Source: Okamejei kenojei (lineage: Eukaryota). From it: a stretch of DNA of 64,000 bases. This document shows positions 26,501-38,700 of this stretch, piece by piece (positions within the stretch are counted from its first letter, which is position 1; each line of letters starts with the position of its first letter). The DNA lies in contig CM069154.1 of NCBI GenBank assembly GCA_035221665.1, positions 27,590,001 to 27,654,000 of the forward strand. The letters run 5' to 3'. The notes beneath the pieces were generated by a model. The model was not told where the DNA came from. It was given only the letters and a program-made list of their open reading frames with translations, and searched no databases. The translations under genes and the position numbers were made by a program.

Positions 26501-27744
26501 AGCTAATATATGGGTAACCTTTTCACAGATACTTAACAGTCGCTGACGCATGAGAGGAAGTGGAACTTTAAAGTCATTTACAATACAGCAGTGCACTGGA
26601 GAAACTCATTTTTTTGAGGTTGACAAAATCTATCTGTCTTATATTCATTATATGTGAGCTGTCAACTTTTAAAACTGGATGCATGCTAATCCAGATCTCC
26701 AAAGGTAAAAAAGCAGGGACTGGAATTAATATGTTAAGAGAATCCCACATCAGTGCCCCATCCTTTAACTGAAGTGGTCTCAACCCCAAACATCATCTAT
26801 CCATGTTCCCCAAGGATGCTGCCTGACCCACTGAGTTACTCCAGTAATTTGAGTCTTTTTTTGTGAACCAGCACTTGCAAGTCTTTGTTTCTGCAACTGG
26901 AATGGCATTCTCATGCGGTCCGTCACTTGCTAAACATCCACCTCATTTTAATGTTGCGGGGATGTGGTTGTAACCATATTAAATACCTAAAATATTTATG
27001 GTATTTCCAAGGATCTGTTCGGTAGACCATAATTTTTATTAGATGCTGTCCAATATTAATAACAAAGTAAAAATCTGGTGAAATAATTGTTAATTCAGTA
27101 ATGATAATTTCAATCAAAAATTATTTACGACATTAATCATTGATGTTAACTACAACATATTTGATTTACATTGAGAGTTTTCGTAATAATGATTTGCAAT
27201 GATTTTTCTAATGGGCAAGCTCATTACATGTAAATCCATGAACATAAACCTGTGTCAGTTTCCACCCGATATTATTATTGTCATTTTAAAAAGCCTTAAT
27301 ATGGTGCATTACTAACACTTTCCACTGATACTTAATTTTCCATCCTAATGAAATATAGCAAAGCAAAGCAATTATATTTTTCACTGGTTTTGTCAAAGCA
27401 CATATATCAATTATTAATCAGCATAGGGTGAAACATGTAATTAATACACAACTGTACATCATTTTATACATTAAAATTAACATAATGCCGTAAATCAATT
27501 GTTAATATCTTTGTTTTTCTTTGCATTTTGTTCCCCCTTACAGTTTTTTTTCTTTCTAACCCTCTCCATGCCTACTAGAGATGCAGTTCAAAGCTTGTAA
27601 ATGGTCATTAAGTGGCTAAACCCCATGAAAATGACTGATACTGTTTTAACACAAAGTGTTATTCACTCTGGGACACAGCTGCAGTCTTCTTTCATTAACT
27701 GTCTGGAGCCCGGTTTTAACCTATTGACAGGGCAGGACCTGCAC

Positions 27745-28090
27745 AGTAAATGGTAGGCCTCTGGGTAGTGTTGTAGAGCAGAGGGATCTAGGAGTACAGG
27801 TGCATGGTTCCATGACGGTCGAGTCGCAGGTGGTCGAAAAGGCTTTTGGCATTTTGGACTTCATCAGTCAGAGTTTTGAGTATAGTAATAATTGGGAGGT
27901 CATGTTGCAGATGTGGGGGAGACTGCATTTAGAATATTGTATTCAGTTCTGGGCACCATGTTATTGGAAAGATATTGTCAAGCTTGAAAGGGTTCAGCAA
28001 AGATTTACGAGGATGTTGCCAGGACTAGAGGGTGTGAGCTATGGGGAGAGGTTGAGTGGGCTGGGTCTCTATTCCATGGAGCGCAGGAGG
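27745..28090 (+). mobile_element. CR1 LINE fragment
   Basis: ORF ...HLEYCIQFWAPCYWKDIVKLERVQQRFTRMLPGL, the CR1 ORF2 C-terminus. Confidence 0.8.
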
Positions 28091-28644
28091 ATTCAAGATT
28101 CAAGAGAGATTCAAGAGACATTTATTGTCACATGCACTAATTGGTATGTCAGGGAGCCTAAATGAGAAAGATAATCCATCATCAACAACCTTTGGCTTTA
28201 TTTGCCTGTGGAACTTTGCTTCCCACCATAATGAGCCCCTAGCACTCTTTTCTTATATAGAGGGGATTTATTTACTTGTATTTCTATGCAATTGAGTACA
28301 TTGTAGTCACAGCTCATAATATAGTCTCTTACACACATGAGGGGAATCTCATGCAGTTTGAATGACTCTTGCAGAACATTTATGTCCACAAGTTCCCTCT
28401 TTAAAATCTATTCCAAAGAGCTGAGGAATAAAAGTACACTGAGGCAAACATACAGTGGGGTTCTGTGGGAGGGTTACTGTATTGGAGGTGCCATTCTTAA
28501 ATAAACCCTTCTCCGCCAGTTTAGTTTCCTTTATTCACTTTCGAGAGAGTCAAGGCCAATACTTATTTGTCAGACAATCAAGAATTAATGCAATTAATAT
28601 TTTTCCCTCTCATATTCCGATAGATAAAACATGGTATGGACATA

Positions 28645-29942
28645 CAGTGGTTTGCAAAGGTTTTCATACCCCTTGAACTTTTCCACGTTTTGTCACGTTA
28701 CAACCACAAACGTAAATGTATTTTATTGAGATTTTATGTGATAGACCAACACAAAGTGGCGCATAATTGTGAAGCGGAAGGAAAATAATACATGGTTTTC
28801 AAATTTTTTTACAAATAAAAAACTGAAAAGTGTGGCGTGCAAAAGTATTCAGCCCCCTTTACTCTGATACCCCTAAATAAAATCCAGTGCAACCAATTGC
28901 CTTCAGAGGTCACCTAGTTAATAAATAGAGTCCACTTGTGTGTATTCTAATCTCAGTATAAATACAGCTCTTCTGTGAAGGCCTCAGAGGTTTGTTAGAG
29001 AACATTAGTGAACAAACAGCATCATGAAGCCTAGGAACACACCAGACAGGTCAGGGATAAAGGTGTGGAGAAGTTTAAACCAGGGTTAGGTTATAAAAAA
29101 ATATCCCAAGCTTTGAACATCTCATGGAGCACTGTTTAATCCATCATCCGAAAATGGAAAGAGTATGGCACAACTGCAAACCTACCAAGACATGGCCGTC
29201 CACCTAAACTGACAGGCTGGTCAAGGAGAGCATTGATCAGAGAAGCAGCCAAAAGGCCCATGGTAACTCTGGAGGAGCCATGGTGAAACATGGTGTGGGG
29301 ATGCTTTTCTTCAGCAGGGACAGGGAAGCTGGTCAGAGTTGATGGGAAGATGGATGGAGCCAAATACAGGGCAATCTTGGAAGAAAACCTGTTAGAGTCT
29401 GCAAAAGACTTGAGACTGGGGCGGAGGTTCACCTTCCAGCAGGACAACAACCCTAAACATACAGCCAGAGCTACAATGGAATGGTTTACTTCAAAGCATA
29501 TTCATGTGTTAGAATGGCATAGTCAAAGTCCAGACCTAAATCCAATTGAGAATCTCTGGCAAGACTTGAAAATTGCTGTTCACAGATGCTCTCCATCCAA
29601 TCTGACTGAGCTTGAGCTATTTTGCAAAGAAGAATGGGCAAAAAATTCAGTCTATAGATGTGCAAAGCTGGTAGAGACATACCCCAAAAGACTTGCAGCT
29701 GTAATTGCAGCGAAAGGTGGTTCTACAAAGTATTGACTCAGGGGGACTGAATACTTTTGCACGCCACACTTTTCAGTTTTTTATTTGAAAACCATGTATC
29801 ATTTTCCTTCCACTTCACAATTATTTGCCACTTTGTGTTGGTCTATCACATAAAATCCCAATAAAATACATTTACGTTTGTGGTTGTAACATGACAAAAT
29901 GTGGAAGAGTTCAAGGGATATGAAAACTTTTGCAAGCCACTG
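28645..29942 (+). mobile_element. Tc1-family transposon, internally deleted copy
   Basis: Same IRs as 21022-22647; ~300-bp deletion near 29280 removes the first catalytic D; C-terminal ORF 29290..29736 is open. Confidence 0.95.
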
Positions 29943-30016
29943 CATTGGCTGTACATTGCTAGCAACAATAGAAACTAAAATTCAGATTACTTTAGTGGCA
30001 GTGAAGTGTTTTGGAA

Positions 30017-30111
30017 AGACACAAAATGCTGGAGTAACACAGCGGGACAGGCAGCATCTCTGGAGAGAAGGAATGGGTGACGTTTCGGGTCGAGACCCTT
30101 CTTCAGACTGA
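30017..30111 (-). mobile_element. Penelope-derived repeat with minimal hammerhead ribozyme core
   Basis: Minus strand reads GT-CTGAAGA-A-GGGTC-TC-GACCC-GAAA-CGTC-ACC, i.e. CUGANGA / stem II / GAAA / GUC. Confidence 0.6.
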
Positions 30112-33100
30112 TCCTTTAGTTTTGGATACCATGATATTGGGAGAGGTACTATAGAAATGCACATCAGTCGTTCCTCTGTCATTTTTTTTTATCCCCCAGA
30201 ATTATCTAAAGGTCTAAATGGAAAATACGAACATCATCCATTTTCTATTTTACATGGTTCACGTTAATTTATCATTTGTTTGCATGACACGTATAATGAC
30301 ATCCCGAAATAGCACAAAAAATTAAGTAGCTTTAAATATAATTTAAGATTTACTTGGGTTTAATCATTAGAAAAATACTTCTAAATTGGTATAGGGATTT
30401 AGTTATTTAAAAATTAATAACTTTGAATTTACAAACGATTACAAAGTGCTGGAGTAACTTGACAGATGAGGCAGCATCTCTGGATAACATGGATAGGTGA
30501 CAATTCGGGTCGAGACCCTTTTTCAGATTGATTGTAGGGGAGGAAGAAGAAAGCTGGATTGTATCCGGATGCAAAATGCTGGCGTAACTCAGTAGGTCAG
30601 ACAACATCTCTTAAAAACATGGATAGGTGACATTTCAGGCCGAGACACTTGTTCAGACTGAAGAAGGGCTCGATCTGAAACGTCACCTATCCATATTCTC
30701 CACAGATGCTGCCTGACCTGTTGAGTTATTTCAGCACTTTGTGTCATTTTGTTTGCTAACCAGCATCTGCAATTCCTCGTTTCTGCAGGTTTGAATTTGT
30801 TATTATTAATTCTTAATTTCAATTTTTTGAACTCAAGTCACATATATACAATGTAACTTGAACCAAATCCTTAAAACTTTAAACAAGATTAATTATATCC
30901 ATTTTCCTCAAAGCCAATTCCATTTTTCTCGATATTTTATTTGAATGTCCAAGGCAAAACCTGTGCATCTGAACATTGTCTGAGCTGCAGGTTTATCATT
31001 GTATGGCTTAATGATATATTTCACAACCTCTTTTTAAAATCCATCAAAAAGACACCGAATATAATCTACTCCATGAATAAAACTCCCTCACAGTAACTGC
31101 TTCCTGTAATGGAAGTATTCATGTTGTAAATGTTTTTTATCAATAGCAAAAACTTTCACTTATTGAGTTCACAGTCCTGCGATGTCAAGTAGCTTAATGG
31201 TAATGTTCTGAATTCCAACACTGATTCGTATTTTCTTTGGACCACATGTGAATTGTTTCCTGAATAACACAGTGTGGAGCTTTGGCTTCACTCAATGGAA
31301 TTTCATGCACTTCAATGCTTTAACACAGCAACCAGCCCTGAAGAGGAGCCTTATGTTTGGTTATTAAAAATGAAGCAGTAATCATAGCCGAGTGTATAAA
31401 TGAATTACCTGACGTCGTATTGAGCGATAGAATATCCCTCTTAGGTTCAATGTTGGAGGAATAGCTGAACTAATAGCTTCATTAATTTCCCATAGTGTTG
31501 AGCTGTTACTGTTTGTTTTCCTGCAATGTTACAGATTTGATGATGATTGGAAATGGGCACTTGTGTCCCACAGCGGTCGCCATTTAATTGACACAAGAGG
31601 ATGTTTTCTTACCCCACTGTTTGCTTTGCCTCTCAATTCGTAGCCTCGGGACAGTGATTGAGGGAAGCTCGTGCTGATGTCTCCTGAGAAGAAGGGACCC
31701 AGCACAAAACCAAACAGGGACCCTGGCATCATTTGCCTCCGGCAATATCCATAAAACCATGAGCTCCAAAACTAATGAAAAAATATTACTGCTGGTCTCA
31801 GAAGTCTACAGCTGTGCTCCAAATTTCTGCTTTAGCTGATTTTAAGCCCTAAACCTGCATCTGCATTTGTACGCCATCTTAATATTATTGTAGAAACAAG
31901 GAACTGTAGATGCAGGTTTTATAAAACGAGACACAAAGTGCTGGAGTAACTCCAGGAGCATCCCTGGAGAACATGGATAGGCAACATTTCAGGTTGAGAC
32001 CGTTCTTCTGACTAATGCAGACTTTACTTTAGACATTAGACCGTACACAGTACGGGAACAGGCCCTTCGGACCACCGAGTGCACGCCTACCAGCAATCAC
32101 CCCGTACACTAGCACTATCTTACACACGAAGGACAATTTACAATTTTACTGAAGCCAATTAACTTACAAACCTGCAGTGTGGGAAGAAATCGGAGCACCC
32201 GGAGAAAACTCAAGCAGCCACAGAGACTGTAAGGTAGCAACTCTACCGTTGCGCCACTGTGCCACCCCCTGTGTTGTGGTGGTGGAGGCATGGACGATAG
32301 TGATATTTAAGAGGCTTTTAGTTAGGCACATGGATATGGACATTGTGCAGGCAGATAAGATCAGTTTAATTTGTCATCGTGTTTGGCACAAAACGTTGTG
32401 AGACAAAGGGCCTGTTTCTGTGCTGTACAGTTCTGTGTTTTATGTTCTATGTTCTATTTCCTTAGCAGTATTTAAATAAAGTAAATCAGAACTGGGCAGG
32501 TAACCCTTATTGCAACCTTCCAAACCTCTCTTGCTTGCACATCTGTTAGATTTGTCTCTGACTGTACTGTTTATGAAAGGTGAGAGAGGGAAACCAGGGA
32601 ATTGTCGATTCGTCAGGCTAACGTCAGTTGTTGGGAAATTATAAGTGAGTATAATTAAAGATGGGGCTATTGAATGTGTTAACAATTTTCATCAGAGAGA
32701 ACTGGTTAAGGTTAATCACATTTGACTGAGCTGATTAAATATTCTGAAGTGATGCCTTAATTAGTGGACAAGGGGATGTCAAGAATTATGCTTGTGGACA
32801 TTCAGTAAGCAGTTAAATGCATACCCCCATGAGGAACTATGAGTTAAATTTAAAGTTCATTGAATTGAACACAAATTAAAGACCTGATTAGGAAATTGGT
32901 TCAGCAGTAGGTGACAGACGCAAGGAGTAATGGATATGGATTCAAATTGCCAGCAGTCATGTCTTAGGATCACAATTATCCAGAATTTTTATAGCTCATT
33001 TAAATAACTGATTAAAAATCTGTTGAAGATGTTGTCAGTACAAAGACTGCTGGCATTGTAAATGTTACACAATATATGCAAAATGTGGTGCTGAAATTAT

Positions 33101-35436
33101 CATTGTAATAAATAAATGGCTAAACGTGCAAACGGATATCAATGTAACAAAATTTAAAGTCAACAATTTTGGATGTTAATATATAGAATCGTGTACATCC
33201 CAAATGTACAGCTGAAAAGCTGACATTGATTCACATGGAGTCTGGTCGTAGATTATCAATAACTACAAAAATAAACTAAACATGAAGACAGACACAAAAA
33301 GCTGGAGTAACTCAGCGGGTTAGGCATAATATATATATTTTTTCTTGAGCAAAAGCAAACCGGATTTTTGTGTCTATCGTTGGTTTAAACCGGCATCTGC
33401 AGTTACTTCCTATACATGAACTAAACACTGTTGTTTTGCTCAAGAAATAAAAATATTATTTTTATATATTGTTTAGATGTTTTCTATCCATATTTCAATT
33501 ATGATTTGTTATTTCCTTCATTTCAGTTATAATTTCAGCTTAACTCTGATGTTTTTCTTCTGCCCACATACAGAAGGGAGGCGGGACAAGTGTATCTGGT
33601 ACATGTTGGCCGGTGTGAGCAAGTTGTGATGAAGGACCTGTTTCCACACTGTAAGACTTTATAAGTCACCAAGATGGAAATATAGCTCTGCATATTGTAA
33701 AAAGATATTATAGAAATACACCCAAATCTGGACTTAAGAATAATTGACATGAAAAATAATCTCATAATTTAATATTTGGGGTTTAAGCAATGGAGGTGGG
33801 TGGAAATGTCATACCTTTTGCATTTAATCTTTCCTGGATTTGAAATGATTGCTTTTGGGACTGACGGACTCACGGAATAGCTATAGCTCTATGCTATAGT
33901 GTTCTTAAATGTCTGCAATTCAGGAAGAAGCTGACAGAATGGATAAATTGATGCATTTTTGTCTGGGAGAGGTCATGAGGGTGAAATGGGAGGAATAGCC
34001 TCTCAGACAAAGAGATTACGAGAGCATTTGGGTGCCATTTATTTAATTGAGAAACCTGGGTGATAAGCCACAGCTCGTGACCCAATACAGGAGAGGGTGG
34101 AGATCATTGGATGAATAGATGAATCATGTGGCAATTAAATGCTGATTCATTTGATCTCTAAACCCCTTTAGTTTGGAAGAGAAATGGAAGTCTGAGAATT
34201 CTACACCAGGCTCAAATAAGCTTCTTTAAAATATATATATTCATAAATTAGAAATATGCAAAGACAATCTAATTTAATCGATTTTCCACAAATCCTGCAA
34301 TACATGCACCAGGAAGAGATGGCTGACAACATAGTTTGTGGTACGATCTAAAATAGTGATGCTTCACAACAGTGAGTGAAGTTAGGAACCACTGGATTTC
34401 ATAAAGTGCGAAGATAATGTGTAGTTGCGGGGCCACAGGAAATTCTATTCATTATAAACACAGATGTAAGGTGATTCGGATGATCGAAATCTGAAATAAA
34501 ACCTGAACTTTGTTTAAAATACTCTGTTCATTATGCAGCATTTGTGGAGGTAGGAATGAAGTTGTTTTTACAGGTAATATGTATAAAAAGGGACTTCAGA
34601 TGCTGGTTTATACTAAAGATAGACCACAAAGTGCTGGAGTAATTCAATGGGACAGGCAGCATCTTTAGAGAAAATGGACCGGTGACAATTCGGGTCGGGA
34701 CTTCAGATTCATTTTCTCCAGATTGGCGCAAAATATTGGAGTAACTCAGCAGGTCAGGCAGCATCTCTGGAGAAAAGGAATAGGTGCTGTTTCAGGTGAA
34801 TTTGTCACTTATTCCTTTTCTCCAGCAATGTTGCCTGACCCGCTGAGTTGCTCCAGCATTTTTTTGTCTATCTTCAGTGTAAACCAGTATCTGTAGTTCC
34901 TTCCTACTCATTTTCTCCAGAGATGCTGCCTGACCTGTTGAATTACTCTAGCATTTTGTGCCCAGGTTTGATATTTCAGGCCATTGCGAATTGAGAATAG
35001 CTAAAAGGAAACATGTTTGTTGGTGTTACAGAAATGGGAAGATAAAAGTGACAGAAAAGTCCACCACATTCAGTTTACTATTGTTGCTGTCTGCTTCTGG
35101 GTGAGTTAAAGAGTGAAAGCTGCTTCTGAACAAATCCCAAGACGGTGGTAACTCTCCCTCACCATCACACTCAGGTGAAACCCACAAAGAGCAGATACAG
35201 TATTAACACTGCTTTAGTCCTCCACCTTGCAGTGACTACCTTAAGCGTGTGGATCTGCCACACCCTGTGTTATAATTCCATCCCTCGAACCCCTATCACA
35301 TTTGTCAATCTACTACTCCCTCAAGATCATCACACCCAATAAGCATCCCTACAACCAATTGATTCCACCAGCCACTAGCCACTAGCCACTAGCCTCACTA
35401 GTAAACAAATGACCCAAATCACACCCAGAACATTTT

Positions 35437-35755
35437 GGGTGGCACAGTGGCGCAGCAGTAGAGTTGTTGCCTTACAGCGCCAGAGACCCAGATTCGATCC
35501 TGACTACAGGTAGTGTCTGTGCATGGAGTTTGCATGTTCCCCTCTGTGACCATGTGGGTTTTCTCTGGATGTTCCAGTTTCCTCCCATATACCAAAAAGT
35601 TAGTTGACTTCTGTAAATTGCCCCCAGTGTTTAAGATGCAAAAGTGAGATAACATGGAATGAGTATGCAGGTGATCAAAGCAGTGCAGACGAGTGACTGA
35701 TGGACTTTGAGGGCCGTGTGACATTTTTCCATGCTGTATCTCTAAGCTAAACTAG
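35437..35755 (+). mobile_element. HE1/V-SINE-like copy
   Basis: Head GGGTGGCACAGTGGCGCAGCAGTAGAG, core and CTAAA tail. Confidence 0.75.
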
Positions 35756-38700
35756 ACGAAACCATGTGTGGTGTGATCTGCAGGACTTGTTCTCTGATTT
35801 TCTATGGTAAGATTTTCACTGCATGTTGTTTGCAATAATTCAGTAGAACTGCAGATGCTGATTTACGAAAAAATAAACACAAAGTGCTGAACTAAGCAGC
35901 CGATCATGCAGTATCTCTAGTGGACATGGATAGGCATCGCTTTGGGTCAGGATGCTTCCCGAAACATCACCTACCTAAGTCCTCCACAGATGTTGCCTGA
36001 GTTATTCCAATACTTTGTCTTTGTTTGGAATATTTATGTTTTCTTTCCCTTTTTTTATATTTCTCGGACAATACCACACACTTTAAACAGAAATACAATG
36101 CATCAATATGCACTAATTAAAGTGTCGTAATGAGAATCAACGTAATATTTAAAGTAGATAGAGAGAGACCCTACAGTCTCTCAGTCATACAGCATGGAAA
36201 CAGGCCCTTCGGCCCAACTTGCACACACCGACCATCATGTCCCATCTACCTGTGTTTGGCCCATATCCTTCGAAACCTGTCCTATCCATGTGCCTGTCTA
36301 ATTGTGTCTTAGACATTGCAATAATTCCTGCCTCAACTACCTCCTCTGGCAGCGCATTCCATACACCCACCACCCTTTGTGTGGAAAGGTTACCCTCAGA
36401 TTCCTATTAAATCTTTCCCCCTTCATCTTCAACCTATGTCCTCAGGTTCTCGATTCCCCTACTCTAGGCAAGATTGGACAAAATTGTAAAGATTGTATAA
36501 AATAAGACATCTTGAAATGCAATCAATGTGATTTGCTGTAAGTTTAGTTTGGCGAGTTAGATATCAATGATTGTAACACATAACAAAATATTCATGGGAA
36601 AACATGAAGCCAAGAAAAACCAATGAGCAGTAATATTTCACAATTGCCATTGCTCCAAGAAGAGGGCATAGATAGGGTAGCCAATAGTTTCCAACATTAG
36701 AGGACATAGCTATAAGTTGAGAGAGGGAAAGTTTAATGATGTGCGGGGCAAGGTTTTTTACACAGAGTGGTGGGGACCTGCAATGCATCGCCTGGGATGG
36801 TGGTGGTGGAGGTAGATACGATAGTGGAATTTAAGAGGCTTTTAAATTGGTAGATGGAACTGCAGGGAATAGAGGGATAATATGGTTCATGTACAGGCAA
36901 TATGGATAATGTACAGATGAGAACAATTCAACTTGGCATCATGTTGGATATAAACATTGTGGGCTGCAGGGCCCATTCCTGTGCTGTACTGTTCATTCTT
37001 ATTCCTTTTTTCTTTCAATGAACAAACTATCCAAATGATGTAGCTGTTAATAACATTTATACAACAAAGAATATTCTTTGATGCATCCCGTTAAGCATTC
37101 ATTCTAATGCTTTACATTTTAAATTAATAAATTCCTGTCAAATATTTATTTTAGCTCTTTTTCGGCGTCCTAGCGGTGAAGTTCTTTTGACATAAGAGCA
37201 AGGAAAGGATTTTGATCTGCTTCAAGTGAAGAAGCAGAGGAGACTTGTCGCAGCAGGAAGCTGACAGCTACATACAAAGCAAGAGAACTATTGCTGCATA
37301 AGCAGTCCCATGAATATATTAATTATTCATTGTCATTGTAACCTAAACACTGTTATCCGGTTCCACTGTTGAAATGCAGACGCCACAAAAAAGTCATTTA
37401 CAGGAATCATCTCTGCACATCTGTTATCAAAGCCAACAATTGACATGTCAAGGAATACATTCAATCCATGTTTATTAATGATGACTTAGACGTGTTCTTT
37501 TAGACCGTGGTATAAATCAGACAAAGCACAAACTTACCCAGAGAGCTAAGCATCCTGGATATTACCTGTGAAGAAATACAGTTTATTTTTATGACTGGAT
37601 CTTAAAATTTGTCAAAAATGTTGGCAAAACTACTGAATGGACGTAATTCCATAAGGTTCAACTCCTTTTCTGAATCAATTCTTGTTGTTGACAATTAGTT
37701 TAGAGATACGTCGTGGAAACAGGCCCTTCGGCCCACCAAGCTCATTAGCCTACAAACCTGTTTGGCATTGGAGTGTGGGAAGAAACTGGAGACATGGAGA
37801 AAATTCACGCAGGTCACGGGGAGAACGTACAAACTCCACACAGACAGTACCCCGTAGTCAGGATCGAACCCTGGTCTCTGGCACTTTAAGGCAGCAACTG
37901 TACCGCTGTGCCACCGTGCTGCCCATAGGAGGAAATAGTAACAATGAGAGATGCTGTTATCAAACTAAAGGCATTTAATTGATTTTTTTGGTGACAGAGA
38001 CACTGGTTATGAAATATAATATGTAGCTAATTCAATATAACCCATTTTACATCATCACTCAATTTTGTATTTTTTGATTAAGATGTTGCTGCATGAAACG
38101 ATTAATTTAATGGAATGAATTGACAATATTCTCTCCTTTTCAAGTTTGCTTTAAATATAATTTGACATTGTTTTAAAGCATTTAATATCTTAGGCAGAAT
38201 TACATTTTGAAGCCCTTCTTATTTGACTATCCCAGTCTGACTGCAGTGAATAGAACACAATGTTTATAAGTAAAGACAGAAAATGCTGGAAATATTCAGC
38301 AGGTCAATAGACAATTGGTGCAGGATTAGGCCATTTGGCCCTTCGAGCCAGCACCGCCATTCAATATGATCGTGGCTGATCATCCACCATCAGTACCCCA
38401 TTCCTGCCTTCTCACCATATCCCCTGACTCCGCTATCTATAAGATCTTTCAGGCAGCATCTGCAGAGAAAGGGTAATAAAGGTAATGCTTCAGGTTGATG
38501 ACATCTCAATGAAATATTTCTGATGAAATGAATGAATTAATCATGAATGAATGAATAAATGATACTATCCTGAAACAGTCTATTCATCTTATCACAGATG
38601 CAGTCGCATCTTGCGGTTGCATGAATTATTTTTTGCATTGTGTCCTGTTTTGGTCACCCTGCTTTCAGAAGGATGCCACTGAGCAGGAAGAAGCGCAGAG

